Assembly (NCBI GenBank): GCA_963765205.1
Contig: CAVXVB010000008.1
Span: 65,076 to 129,075, forward strand
Direction of reading: 5' to 3'
DNA from: an uncultured Verrucomicrobiae bacterium
GTDB taxonomy: Bacteria; Verrucomicrobiota; Verrucomicrobiia; Opitutales; JABDGR01
DNA length: 64,000 nucleotides
Positions 1 through 9,526 of this stretch are shown in pieces; the stretch's first letter is position 1, and the number at the start of each line of letters is the position of its first letter. Under the pieces are notes generated by a model, which worked only from the letters and a program-made list of their open reading frames with translations, ran no database searches and was not told where the DNA came from. The position numbers were made by a program, and so were the translations under genes.

Positions 1-1321
1 CAATGATCGCCAGCGTGCGCCACGCACCCTCGCGCGCAGGGTCGTGACCGGGTTCGGCCGGCAAATCGAGGATGTGCTGGGCGGCCACGGTCGCCTCGGG
101 GTATTTTTGCAATGCCAAATCCAATTGCGTTTGCAGCAGGTATAATTGCTTGAGGAGCGGGTGGGCGGATGCGTCGTTGACGATTTTGTCAATACTGGCT
201 TTGAGCGTGGCCAGGCCGTCCGGGTTTGTGTTTTTGATGCCGGGCACAATATGTTGCAATTGAGCAAGCGCGATTTCCTGCAATTGGCGGAGACTGGCGC
301 TATCGGGGGCGCCGCTGTCCGGCACGTCGTTTAAAATGCTTTTGAGTTTGTCTTGGTCGTCGGCGAGATTGGCCGGGTCGGGTTCTTCCTGGTCAATGAT
401 GACATATTCGAGGCGGAGGGCGTCGAGAGTCTGGCGATCCAAGTCCACCAGCATCAATTTTTTTCTGATCAAAGCGAGGGCGTCGCCACGGCGGCCTTGC
501 TGGTCATAAATGACGGCGAGTAAACCGGCATCTTTCGCCCCGAGCGCGGAATCAAGATTGGGGTCCTGCAGGCTCTTTTCCAGATCCGCCTGGTGGGTGG
601 GCGCGGCGGCGGGGTCGAGCAGGATTTGCGCACGCAGGCGCGAGGCCTCAAATTGGCCCTGTTGCAGCGGATTGGCCGCCGCGGCGATGGCCTGGTTCCA
701 AGCCTCGTTGGTGGCGGTCAAGTTATGTTGCTGTTCGGAGAGGGTGGCCTGCGCCATGTAATACCAGGACAAATCCAAGGCGTTGAGGCTGGCGGGCATA
801 ATGCGCGCCAATTGCGCGGCAGCGTCATCCCATTTTTGGTTTTGTTCCTTGAGCAAGGTGTCGCGCAACAAATAGGCGGGGGTGTTGTTCTCCGCGATCG
901 CGTTCAGGGCCGCCGCCGCTTTGGCCGCGTCCCCCAGCGCGAGATACGCCGTGGCGAGGTTCAGATGCAACAGGTCTTTGATGCTTTGGTCCAATCCTGA
1001 TCTGTTCAACGCGTCCTGAAAACAGTCAACCGCAACGGAAGCCACCCCAATTCCAAGCGCGGATTGGCCCGCCACAATGGCTTCGGTCACGCCCGCATTT
1101 TCCGCAGTATCGGGTGCCGGAGACGTAAACGGAACCCGAGGAGATGGCGGCGGTGGCAAATCTATGGAGTTGGGTGCAAGCACCGGGACAGGAACGGCAG
1201 CCGACGTGGACGGCGTGGCCGTAAGGTCCGTCACCGCCGATGGCGCGGCGGATTGCGCCCACGCGCCCACGTTCGCCGCCAGCAGCAGCGCGATGCAGCC
1301 GAATTTCCCTAAAGGCTTCAT
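1..1321 (-). CDS. secreted alpha-helical (TPR-like) repeat protein, 3' end outside window
   Basis: Minus-strand frame is open from the ATG at 1319-1321 (MKPLGKFGCIALLLAANVGAWAQS..., signal-peptide-like) to position 1. It is absent from the ORF track because it has no in-window stop. The product is rich in Ala/Leu helical repeats. Confidence 0.6.
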   Translation of the reverse strand, partial: MKPLGKFGCIALLLAANVGAWAQSAAPSAVTDLTATPSTSAAVPVPVLAPNSIDLPPPPSPRVPFTSPAPDTAENAGVTEAIVAGQSALGIGVASVAVDCFQDALNRSGLDQSIKDLLHLNLATAYLALGDAAKAAAALNAIAENNTPAYLLRDTLLKEQNQKWDDAAAQLARIMPASLNALDLSWYYMAQATLSEQQHNLTATNEAWNQAIAAAANPLQQGQFEASRLRAQILLDPAAAPTHQADLEKSLQDPNLDSALGAKDAGLLAVIYDQQGRRGDALALIRKKLMLVDLDRQTLDALRLEYVIIDQEEPDPANLADDQDKLKSILNDVPDSGAPDSASLRQLQEIALAQLQHIVPGIKNTNPDGLATLKASIDKIVNDASAHPLLKQLYLLQTQLDLALQKYPEATVAAQHILDLPAEPGHDPAREGAWRTLAII

Positions 1322-1438
1322 ATTCAAAGGTCTCATCTTAGCCGGATTTGGGCGAAGATAAAGTCCAAAGACCCGGCGCAAGAGCGATGGTTCCCGCCGG
1401 CGTGGGGAAAGAAATCGGCCATGGCCGATGCCGCAGCT

Positions 1439-2182
1439 TCAAGGACTGGCGGTGTTTCTTTCGACCAGAAGGTCACGCACCAGACGGCCATGGTCGAAAA
1501 TTTGGTCGCTCGTAATCTGTCCTTGGTCATCCCAGGTGGTTTGCTCGCCCTGCAATTGCTGGGCCACCGCATGGCCCGCCTCATCCTTGAGAATAAAGTT
1601 TTGCGAAAGTGTTTTGGGATAGCCGTCAGCATACCACTCGCGGACGCGGTTGACCAAGCCGCCCGGCGTGGCCACGTCCGCCTCGGAAATGATATGCAGG
1701 TTGCCGTTGGGCCAGAAAGTGCTGAAGAGCACAATGTGCTGGCCGTCCGAATATTCCTCATAGCGCTGGGGTTGCCGCGAACCCGGGTAAAACAAGGTGT
1801 GGCGCAACAGCTTGCCGTCAGCGCCGTATTCAAAAATCTCGGCCGGGATCTGGCCCTCCTGGTAAGCCACCCGGCGCACCGGCAGCCGAAGAGAGGAAAA
1901 CCACGTTTCCGAAACAATGAGGCCCATGAGGTATTCGCGGCGCAGGATTTGCCCGTCCGGCAGAATTTGATCCTGCAGGCCTGTATAACCCGTCGCGACC
2001 GTGGACTTCGCCGGCGGCGCTGCCTGCGGCAAAATCATGCCGGGTAAAAGACCGCCCTGGTTGCCGGTGAGGAGGGGCAATGGGGTGTTCCCGCACCCGG
2101 TCAATAGCAACGCGAAGATCAACACCGGCAATGCGGCCTTGATTCCGATTTGCCGATGACCTGCGCGCGGGATTTCCGTCAT
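1439..2182 (-). CDS. lipoprotein with MORN/YwqK-like repeats
   Basis: Internal Met at 2180-2182 gives MTEIPRAGHRQIGIKAALPVLIFALLLTGC, a lipobox (LLTGC). Repeated Y/W-x-G beta-hairpin-like motifs follow. It lies directly downstream of lutC on the same strand. Confidence 0.6.
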   Translation of the reverse strand: MTEIPRAGHRQIGIKAALPVLIFALLLTGCGNTPLPLLTGNQGGLLPGMILPQAAPPAKSTVATGYTGLQDQILPDGQILRREYLMGLIVSETWFSSLRLPVRRVAYQEGQIPAEIFEYGADGKLLRHTLFYPGSRQPQRYEEYSDGQHIVLFSTFWPNGNLHIISEADVATPGGLVNRVREWYADGYPKTLSQNFILKDEAGHAVAQQLQGEQTTWDDQGQITSDQIFDHGRLVRDLLVERNTASP

Positions 2183-2204
2183 AGGCGTTGGACAAGTTAT
2201 TCTA

Positions 2205-2813
2205 CTACAACACCAAAGCGATTTGCACGCCGGGACCATGCACCCCTTCGATGAGGATGCCTTCGATGTCCGCCGTCTTCGACGGGCCGGTGACCCAGAT
2301 CACGTTCGGATCGCCCCCGAAGGCGAGCACGGCGTCGGTCAGCGTGCGGAGAATTTGCCCGCGCGGCAGCACGGCGATATGCACCCAGGGTGCGAGCGCG
2401 CCGAGGCGCCGCGAGGTCAGCGTGTCATTGAGGATAATCGTGCCTGTCTCGGCGATGCCGCCGGCGGCGCGCGTGATGCCAAAGGCAAAATCATCCACGC
2501 GCGTGCGGTCAAACTCGGTTTCGAGCGTAAACTCCGGGCCGAAAGACGCGGCGAATTGGGCCAACAGGGCGGGGTCGCAATAACCGCGGAGCCACCCGCC
2601 ATTTTTCAAAAATGTGGCAACCGCCGCAATGTCGGTCATCACCATCGCATTGGCGAACTTGATGCGCTCGGCGAAATCGTCGAACGGGTCGCGGTGCTCG
2701 ACGAGTTTGCGCGCGATGGCCAATTCCTTGTCCCAGTCGGGCAGCGCGGCGCGCTCCGGCAGCATCGCCAAAGCGGCCTTCACGCGGCCCAACATGTCTT
2801 CGCGCGCATTCAT
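2205..2813 (-). CDS. lutC: lactate utilization protein C (LUD domain)
   Basis: MNAREDMLGRVKAAL... is LutC/YkgG-like. The start overlaps the lutB stop (ATGA at 2810-2813). The upstream part of track ORF 2205..3308 is Arg-rich shadow sequence. Confidence 0.8.
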   Translation of the reverse strand: MNAREDMLGRVKAALAMLPERAALPDWDKELAIARKLVEHRDPFDDFAERIKFANAMVMTDIAAVATFLKNGGWLRGYCDPALLAQFAASFGPEFTLETEFDRTRVDDFAFGITRAAGGIAETGTIILNDTLTSRRLGALAPWVHIAVLPRGQILRTLTDAVLAFGGDPNVIWVTGPSKTADIEGILIEGVHGPGVQIALVL

Positions 2814-4255
2814 GATTTTCCTTTCGGGGTTGGGCGGTTTTTCAGCCAGTGGCGGAATTCGCCGCCGCGCCAGGGCGGCAGCGTGCGGTAATCCTGCCAC
2901 TTGCGCAACGGGCCAGGCATCAGGATGCGCGGGACGTGGTTCACCGCGCCGCCCAGCGCCAGCGCCGCCTTCCACGCCGCGGGCTGGCTCGCCAAAACCG
3001 ACCACGCGCCCATCGGCGGCGTGCCCGACGACGGCCCGTGCGCGCGCTTGTTCTTGTCGCGCAGACGCAGCAGCAAATCCGGAATCGGGATGTTGACCGG
3101 GCACACTTCCTGGCACGCGCCGCACAGGCTCGAGGCCTTGGGCAAATCCGCCAGCTCGGGAAATTCTTCCTTCGCGAGCAAGGGCGACAACACCGCGCCG
3201 ACCGGGCCGGGATACACGCTGCGGTAGGCGTGGCCGCTGGCCTGTCGGTAAACCGGGCACACGTTCAGGCACGCGCCGCAGCGGATGCAGCGCAAAATGT
3301 CGCGGCACTCGGTCGCCAGCACGTCAATGCGCCCGTTGTCCACGAAGATGATGTGCATCTCGTCCGGGCCGTCGGGCTGCGTGGGTTTGCGCGGGCCGGT
3401 GATGAATTCCGTGTAAACCGTCAACTGCTGCGCGGTGGCCGAGCGGGCGAGCAGGTTGAGCAGCAGCGCGAGGTCGCGGTCGCGCGGCAAAATTTTCTCG
3501 ATGCCGACCATGGCGATGTGGCAGCGCGTGGCCGCCAGGCAGAAGCGCGAGTTGCCCTCGTTGGTGACGAGCACCAGCCGCCCGCTTTCCGCCACGACAA
3601 AGTTCGCGCCGGTCAGCCCCACGTCGGCCTGCAGATATTTTTGCCGCAGGAAGGCGCGCGCGCGCTGCGTGATGACGTTCGGGTCGTCGTTGTAGGCCCC
3701 CAGGCCGTTTTTCTCGAAGCACACCGCGACCTCGCGCCGGCTTTTGTGAATGATGGGGCGCACGATGTGGCTCGGGTGGTCGTGGTCCACCTGCACGATG
3801 AATTCGCCCAGGTCGGTTTCCAGGCACTCGACGCCGTTCTTCTCGAGAAAATGCGCGAGTTCCGTCTCCTCGCTCACCATGGTCTTGGCCTTGACGATCT
3901 TGGTCGCGTTGCGCTGGCGCATGATGGCGAGCACGGCCTCATTGGCGGCTGCGGCGTCCGGCGCCCAATGCACCTGCGCGCCGTTGGCCCGCAGCTTTTC
4001 CTCGACCGCCGGCAGGTAGGTGTCAAGGTTCTCGATGACGTGCTGCTTGATCTCGCCCGCGATCTCGCGCAGCCGGTTCGCGTCCGGGAAATGGTCGAAC
4101 AGCACCTTCGTGCGCTTCTCGTGCGTCGCCTTGGTGCTTTTATAGACGGAATTGTGCGTCTCGGCCGTCAAATGCGCGGCAAACGTGTCAATGGGGGAAG
4201 CGCTCATGCGAAAGGGGAAAGGACGCATCGTGCCCGCCCCGAGCGCGTTTGACAA
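2810..4255 (-). CDS. lutB: lactate utilization protein B, 4Fe-4S iron-sulfur protein
   Basis: Two ferredoxin-type Cys clusters (CIRCGACLNVCPV and CGACQEVCPV) plus a LUD domain. An alternative start is the Met at 4207. Confidence 0.9.
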   Translation of the reverse strand: MSNALGAGTMRPFPFRMSASPIDTFAAHLTAETHNSVYKSTKATHEKRTKVLFDHFPDANRLREIAGEIKQHVIENLDTYLPAVEEKLRANGAQVHWAPDAAAANEAVLAIMRQRNATKIVKAKTMVSEETELAHFLEKNGVECLETDLGEFIVQVDHDHPSHIVRPIIHKSRREVAVCFEKNGLGAYNDDPNVITQRARAFLRQKYLQADVGLTGANFVVAESGRLVLVTNEGNSRFCLAATRCHIAMVGIEKILPRDRDLALLLNLLARSATAQQLTVYTEFITGPRKPTQPDGPDEMHIIFVDNGRIDVLATECRDILRCIRCGACLNVCPVYRQASGHAYRSVYPGPVGAVLSPLLAKEEFPELADLPKASSLCGACQEVCPVNIPIPDLLLRLRDKNKRAHGPSSGTPPMGAWSVLASQPAAWKAALALGGAVNHVPRILMPGPLRKWQDYRTLPPWRGGEFRHWLKNRPTPKGKS

Positions 4256-4356
4256 TCAAAAGTGTGGGGCCGAAAAAGGCGCAATTTCATTGAATGCTCC
4301 GTTGGCGCAATTGGCGCGTTTCTTCCGTCCCGGGAAGCGCGACCGTCCCGGTCGCT

Positions 4357-4469
4357 GCGGTCGGCGTCCCGCCGACCGCCTCTTGGCAAATGCCAGCAAT
4401 GCGTCTCGCGCAGCCGATTCTCGAAGATGTCCTCGGCGAGACGCCGAGGACGGCGGGCGGGACGCCCGC
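4357..4469. repeat. cluster of three GC-rich perfect hairpins (REP/BIME-like)
   Basis: gcggtcggc/gccgaccgc at 4357-4379; gtcctcggcg/cgccgaggac at 4429-4451; gcgggcg/cgcccgc at 4453-4469. All lie in the lutB upstream intergenic region. Confidence 0.6.
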
Positions 4470-4733
4470 GCTCCCCGGGACAAAACCGCCGCATCCAAAA
4501 GCCCCAAAACAATTCTGAGTTGGTATAAGCTCCTTCAGAGCGCAAAATTATTTATACCCACAGATTCCCAGGGTTGCTCCGGCTGCAGCCCGAACAACCC
4601 TAGGGTGGCCTGCCCCCTTCGATCGGCCTCGTGCAACTGGCCTACAACCTGCCCGAAGCCCTGAACACCGTCGGCCTCAAGATCAAAGCCGCCGTGCATC
4701 CGCGGAAAGCGACGCGAAAGGATGGTTCTAGGC

Positions 4734-5586
4734 AGGTAATAAGGTGCAGCCTGACCCTCTATTGGCCCTCATGCCATGTTGTAGTTTGGTAAAAATTTCT
4801 TGTTAAACTCGATAGCAACCGAAGGCTTCCAATGATACTGCCCTTTCATATAATTTGAAAGGCCAGCGGCGTCCATGCAATCGAAACCGCCGATAGCCTG
4901 AGCGTCAAAATCACCCGGAGCTGCAATCACGATCAGCTCCCAGGAAATTCGGTCGCAAAATATTCCCCACTTGAGTGACGATCCCCAAAAAGCTCCAATA
5001 TCTACGCCAGCTAAAAACATTGGGCCATTTCGTACGCAATACATTGTAGACACGTATCTGTCAGTCAAATCCGCTGGCTTAAAAGAAGCTAGGCCGAAAA
5101 AGGAATTTCGCGGATAGTATCCATCGACTGGGTGCGGCTCTATCGTGATGTAATTGACCAACTCGTCGCCGAAATAACTGGCCGCTTTAAAGAGAAACGA
5201 CCCAAATTCCTTTTTGTAGATATAATGGTATCCAATAACAAAATATTTGGCGAAGGAACGTTTAAAAACAAAATCTGGCAGACGCTTTTGCATATCGATA
5301 ATTCCCGCACATTCTCGACTAAGAATGGAAAACGTGTCTCTTTCAACAACTATTTCGTTGGTGTTCATTATTATTTTCCTGTGCCAAAGTTTATCTTAAG
5401 TGGGAGTGCATCTGGGTCGGCTGGCATATAATCCGCTGCATTACCACCGGGGGCCGGAAAGGTCTCAGGCTGCACCTTATTACCCGAGTTTTTGGTGGAA
5501 GGATTGGATTGGAGGTTAGTGGCGCGAAGACGGCGGGCCGGAAAGGGGTCAGGGCCCGAAAGGGGTCAGGCTGCACCTTATTACCT
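4734..5586. mobile_element. AT-rich single-gene cassette bracketed by a perfect 24-bp inverted repeat (MITE-like; no transposase)
   Basis: aggtaataaggtgcagcctgaccc at 4734-4757 is the exact reverse complement of 5563-5586. An extra right-end copy sits at 5464-5483. A roughly 49-bp unit is directly repeated at 5464-5512 and 5566-5614. Confidence 0.35.
4769..5368 (-). CDS. hypothetical protein (AT-rich orphan, no recognisable domain)
   Basis: 199-aa ORF in markedly AT-richer DNA than its flanks. It sits between the inverted repeats. Confidence 0.6.
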   Translation of the reverse strand: MNTNEIVVERDTFSILSRECAGIIDMQKRLPDFVFKRSFAKYFVIGYHYIYKKEFGSFLFKAASYFGDELVNYITIEPHPVDGYYPRNSFFGLASFKPADLTDRYVSTMYCVRNGPMFLAGVDIGAFWGSSLKWGIFCDRISWELIVIAAPGDFDAQAIGGFDCMDAAGLSNYMKGQYHWKPSVAIEFNKKFLPNYNMA

Positions 5587-5633
5587 GAGTTTTTCATGTA
5601 GGATTGGATTGGGCTTGCTGGCGCAAAGAGTCA

Positions 5634-7019
5634 TCATGGAGTCGCCGTGGCCGCCGGTGCAGAGGACGCTGCCGGCGCGCCCGCGGTCTTCGTCGGGGCG
5701 TCCAGGCCGGTGCCGGTGACGTTGGTGAGGTTCAGCAAATTTCCGGTGAAGCCGGTGACGGTGATGTTGTTAAAGTTGGCGTTGACGACGTTCGCCAGGG
5801 TGATGCCGCGCTGGCAGGTGCCGGTAATGTTCGCGAGGGTCAGGCCTTCGATGGGCCGTTCGGGCGCGACGCCGGGGCCGGCGCGGCTGGCCTGCGTCTC
5901 GAAGAGCGTGCGGACGTTGTTGACTTTGATGTTCGTGAAACTGAGGTTGCGCACCAGGGTCCATTTCTCGATATCGCCGGGCACCGGCTCGGCGGCCTGG
6001 ATGCCTTTGGAAATCAGGTCAATGCCGACGAAGGTTGGCGAGGCGTCCACGGTGAGATTGTCGAAGGAAATGTTTTCCATATAGCCGCCGCGGCCGTCGC
6101 GGCTTTTGATGAAAATGGCGTTTTGCACGCCGGAAATCGTGCAGTTCGACACGGTGACGTTGCGCACGCCGCCGGAGATTTCCGTGCCGAAGCCGAGCGC
6201 GGCAAAGCGGACGCTGCGCAGGGTGCTGTCCTTGATGACGATGTTTTCCGAGGGTTTGTTGTAGCGCACGGCTTCCATCCCGCGCCCGGATTTGATGGAG
6301 ATGGCGTCGTCGCCCGCGCTGATGTCGCAATTCTCGACCACGACGTTGGCGTCGGAGTCTAGGTCCATGCCGTCGCCGTTGGTGCCCTGGCTGCGGATGT
6401 AGAGGCCCTTGACGACGACGTTGGTGCAAAACATGGGATGGATGCACCAGATGTCGGTGTTGACGGTGCGGTCGTATTGCAGGCTGAAGCCGTCGAACGT
6501 CACGTCGTTGCAGTCAATCGTTTCGAGGACGACGGGCGCGCGCGGGTTGCGGAGCGAGGCGAGGCCGGCGTTCGCCACGAAGCCGCCTGGCCCGACAATC
6601 GCAATGTGCTCGGCCTGGCTGGCAAAAATCATGGCGCGGTGCACCTGGGTCGTCGCGCCTTCAAAGCGCCCGGTGACGAGCGGGTAGTCGGCGATGTCCG
6701 GCGATTCGATGACGAACACGTCCTTTTCGAGTCGGAGCGTCGTGTTCGAATGCAGCTCGACGCTGCCGATGATATAATTGCCCGCAGGCACAACGACTTC
6801 GCCGCCGCCGGCCGCCGCGCAGGCGTCGAAAGCTTTTTGGAAGGCGGCGGTGTTATTCGTCGCATTGTCGCCGACCGCGCCGTAATCGCGCACATTGAAT
6901 TGCGCGGCGGCCTTGGCCGATGGGGCCGGGGAGGGTGCCGTGGCTTCAGCCGCTCCAATTGGGGTGCCAGCGAGGATCAGTAGACTAAGAATAGAAAGGG
7001 AAAGCGCGGTAGTTTTCAA
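5634..7019 (-). CDS. glycoside hydrolase family 28 (polygalacturonase/rhamnogalacturonase-like), secreted
   Basis: Signal peptide MKTTALSLSILSLLILAG. GH28-type motifs GTNGDGMDLD and AGDDAISIKSG. Parallel beta-helix repeat pattern. Confidence 0.8.
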   Translation of the reverse strand: MKTTALSLSILSLLILAGTPIGAAEATAPSPAPSAKAAAQFNVRDYGAVGDNATNNTAAFQKAFDACAAAGGGEVVVPAGNYIIGSVELHSNTTLRLEKDVFVIESPDIADYPLVTGRFEGATTQVHRAMIFASQAEHIAIVGPGGFVANAGLASLRNPRAPVVLETIDCNDVTFDGFSLQYDRTVNTDIWCIHPMFCTNVVVKGLYIRSQGTNGDGMDLDSDANVVVENCDISAGDDAISIKSGRGMEAVRYNKPSENIVIKDSTLRSVRFAALGFGTEISGGVRNVTVSNCTISGVQNAIFIKSRDGRGGYMENISFDNLTVDASPTFVGIDLISKGIQAAEPVPGDIEKWTLVRNLSFTNIKVNNVRTLFETQASRAGPGVAPERPIEGLTLANITGTCQRGITLANVVNANFNNITVTGFTGNLLNLTNVTGTGLDAPTKTAGAPAASSAPAATATP

Positions 7020-7160
7020 GGGGCGGAGGGGGTTAAGATGGTGAACATAAGCGGCTTGGAGGCAAAGTCCAGCCGATTAAAACCGAGCGAAAGAGGAAAA
7101 GTTGTTCGCAAAATATATTTAATTGATTGCATTCGCTCATTTATTGCATATATTGTTTTT

Positions 7161-8045
7161 ATGAGAGTGGCGAAACATGTAGTCGAGGCCCGTCGGCGCC
7201 GTCTGGGCGAGCTTTTACAACGGCATCGTTATCTGGGGATTGCGGATTTATGCAAGGAGTTTGGCATATCCGAGGCGACGGTGCGCCGTGACCTCGTTTC
7301 CCTCGAAAAAAGCCATCTCATCACCCGCACTTTTGGGGGCGCGCTCGCGGACTACAATTTGCGTTTTCCTTCGTTTCGCAGCCGCCGGGCCACGGGGATG
7401 CAGGGCAAGCAGGCCATTGCCCAGCAGGCGCTGGAATTGATCAGGCCGGAGTCGGTGATTTACCTGGATGCCGGCACCACGATTTTCGCCCTGGCAGAGG
7501 CCATTCGGGTCGCGCCGGTGCGTCCGTTGAGTTGCGTTACGAGCAACCTGCCGGCGGCGGACTTGCTGGCGGAAGTCGAGGGCGTCGCCGTGTATTTGCT
7601 CGGCGGGCAGGTGCTGCGCCGGCAATCGGTGCTCTTGGGCGACGAGGCCTGCCGCAGCGCGGCCTATTGGAAATTCGATCTGACCTTTCTCGGCGCGGAG
7701 GGCATGACCCGCGAGGGATTGTGGAATTCATCGCCAGCCGTCGTCGCGCTACAGAAGGCGGTCATCGCGCAGAGCCGCGCGACGGCGGTCTTGCTCGACC
7801 GTACCAAGCTGGGCCGCACTGCGCATACTTTTCTCGGAGGATGGGACATGGTTACGGCTCTTTTAACCGATGCACCGGCTGAAGCGCTCAAGGTAGAGGG
7901 AATACCGGATTATATGACTGATATTAGTCATATAGCGTCGTATGTGCCGCAGGCTCCATTAAAGTCAAACGCTGAAATTGAGCAGAAAATATATTTTGAA
8001 GAACCTGAAAATAATGGGTTGACACTCCCGACCTCGCTTTTATGA
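7161..8045 (+). CDS. DeoR-family transcriptional regulator (PVM BMC locus regulator)
   Basis: Start taken at the Met at 7161 (MRVAKHVVEARRRRLGELLQ...). HTH GISEATVRRDLVSLE plus a DeoR C-terminal sugar-phosphate sensor domain. The AT-rich 3' tail encodes about 45 extra residues. Confidence 0.8.
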   Translation: MRVAKHVVEARRRRLGELLQRHRYLGIADLCKEFGISEATVRRDLVSLEKSHLITRTFGGALADYNLRFPSFRSRRATGMQGKQAIAQQALELIRPESVIYLDAGTTIFALAEAIRVAPVRPLSCVTSNLPAADLLAEVEGVAVYLLGGQVLRRQSVLLGDEACRSAAYWKFDLTFLGAEGMTREGLWNSSPAVVALQKAVIAQSRATAVLLDRTKLGRTAHTFLGGWDMVTALLTDAPAEALKVEGIPDYMTDISHIASYVPQAPLKSNAEIEQKIYFEEPENNGLTLPTSLL

Positions 8046-8091
8046 TTGCAAGCAGTCATAAAAGGTTAAAGGACTAATTTACCCCTGACTC

Positions 8092-8766
8092 ATGGCCGCG
8101 CCATTGCCCAACCGTTCTCTTGTCGAATCGTTGATTCGCCAGTCGCTCTTTGCGCAACTGGGGCGCGAGTCGTCCGTGGCCGCGCCGCCGACGCTCGTGG
8201 TCAACAGTTCCGCGCGCCACATGCACCTGACGCAGGAGAATGTGGAAATACTTTTTGGCAAGGGCACGCAATTGACCGTTCACAAGTGGCTTTATCAGGA
8301 GGGGCAGTTTGCCTCGGGGCAGACCGTCACGCTCGTCGGCCCGCGCGACCGCATCATCCCGAACCTGCGCATTCTCGGCCCCTGCCGCAACCTCACGCAA
8401 ATCGAACTAGCTTACACGGACTCGATTTACCTCGGCATCAACGTTCCGGTGCGCGCTTCGGGCGACATCAAAGGCTCGGCGGCGGGCGTGGTGATCGGGC
8501 CGAAAGGCGTCGTCGAAATGAAGGAAGGCATCATCCGCGCGGCGCGGCACGTCCACATGAGTCCGGCGGATGCGGCTTATTACGGCGTGAAGGCCGGCGA
8601 GCACATGACCCTGCGCGTCGAATCGCAAAAATGCTCGACGCGCTTTGACGACCTGCTGGTGCGCGTGGACCCGTCCTTCAAGCTCGAGGTGCATATTGAC
8701 ACGGACGAGGCGAATTGCTGCGACCTGGCCCGCGCGCAGCGCTGCGAGCTGGTGCGCCAGGGCTGA
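8092..8766 (+). CDS. pduL: phosphate acyltransferase PduL
   Basis: Two PduL repeats with His motifs (SARHMHLT, AARHVHMS). N-terminal amphipathic helix SLVESLIRQSLFAQL looks like an encapsulation peptide. Confidence 0.85.
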   Translation: MAAPLPNRSLVESLIRQSLFAQLGRESSVAAPPTLVVNSSARHMHLTQENVEILFGKGTQLTVHKWLYQEGQFASGQTVTLVGPRDRIIPNLRILGPCRNLTQIELAYTDSIYLGINVPVRASGDIKGSAAGVVIGPKGVVEMKEGIIRAARHVHMSPADAAYYGVKAGEHMTLRVESQKCSTRFDDLLVRVDPSFKLEVHIDTDEANCCDLARAQRCELVRQG

Positions 8767-8830
8767 ACATTTTTTGACCGAATTAACAAAATTAATAAAA
8801 TCAACCAAAACATCCTAAACACCTAATTAT

Positions 8831-9103
8831 ATGAATGACGCCATCGGACTGATTGAAACCAAAGGTTATGTCGGCCTCGTCGAGGCCAGCGACGCCATGG
8901 TGAAGGCGGCCAACGTCTCTCTGGTAAAACATATCCAGATTGGCGGGGCCTTCGTCACCACCATCGTGAAAGGCGACGTTGGCAGCGTGAACGCGGCGGT
9001 GACCGCCGGCAAGGAGGCCGCGCAGCGCGTCGGCAACCTGGTGGCCGCGCACACCATCGCCCGCCCCGCGGCCGGCCTGCTCGACTTCTTCATCGGCGCC
9101 TAA
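8831..9103 (+). CDS. BMC-H shell protein (Pfam00936-type hexamer)
   Basis: [29 protein letters not shown]... is a canonical PduA/EutM-like sequence. Confidence 0.9.
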   Translation: MNDAIGLIETKGYVGLVEASDAMVKAANVSLVKHIQIGGAFVTTIVKGDVGSVNAAVTAGKEAAQRVGNLVAAHTIARPAAGLLDFFIGA

Positions 9104-9158
9104 ACGCCACCTAAAAACTAAAAAAACAGAAACCAGAAAACTTCAACCCATTACTACC

Positions 9159-9458
9159 ATGTCAGGACAAGCCATCGGAATGTTGGAAACCAAAGGCCTC
9201 ACCGCCCAATTCGAAGCGACCGACGCGATGCTCAAAGCCGCGACGGTCGAATTGCTCGGCTGGGAAAAAGTCGGCTCCGGCAATGTCGCCGTCTTCGTGC
9301 GCGGCGATGTCGCCGCGGTGAAGGCCGCCGTCGAAGCCGGCGCGACCGCCGCGGCCGCGATTGGCGAAGTCGTCGCCGTCAACGTCATCCCGCGCCCGCA
9401 CGACGATTTGCACCTGCTCGGCAAATTCCTGTCGAAGGCCGCCGCGCCCGCCAAGTAA
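9159..9458 (+). CDS. BMC-H shell protein
   Basis: [34 protein letters not shown]... Confidence 0.9.
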   Translation: MSGQAIGMLETKGLTAQFEATDAMLKAATVELLGWEKVGSGNVAVFVRGDVAAVKAAVEAGATAAAAIGEVVAVNVIPRPHDDLHLLGKFLSKAAAPAK

Positions 9459-9526
9459 GGGTCGAGACGGCTTTCCGAGCCGTCCGCGGACGCTGGCAAA
9501 CCGGCAACCTCATTCACCAACCCTCC

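Noticed and set aside
2849-4252. Very long ORFs antisense to, or out of frame with, real genes. Examples: 2849..4252+, 11894..13000-, 13466..14839-, 16589..17824-, 19233..20456-, 21276..23132-, 43439..45067+, 47141..48649-, 54102..55871+, 57544..59052-, 59887..61272-.
   Set aside because: These are typical high-GC shadow ORFs. Their products are Arg/Ala/Gly/Pro-rich and low in complexity. Each fully overlaps a gene with a clear family signature on the other strand or frame.
4560-4757. Short open frame ...GGLPPSIGLVQLAYNLPEALNTVGLKIKAAV... running into the left 24-bp repeat, as a possible transposase C-terminal remnant.
   Set aside because: Only about 45 codons lie between stops, and the resemblance (an LAYNL-type ending) is impressionistic. 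It is mentioned under the cassette finding but not annotated.
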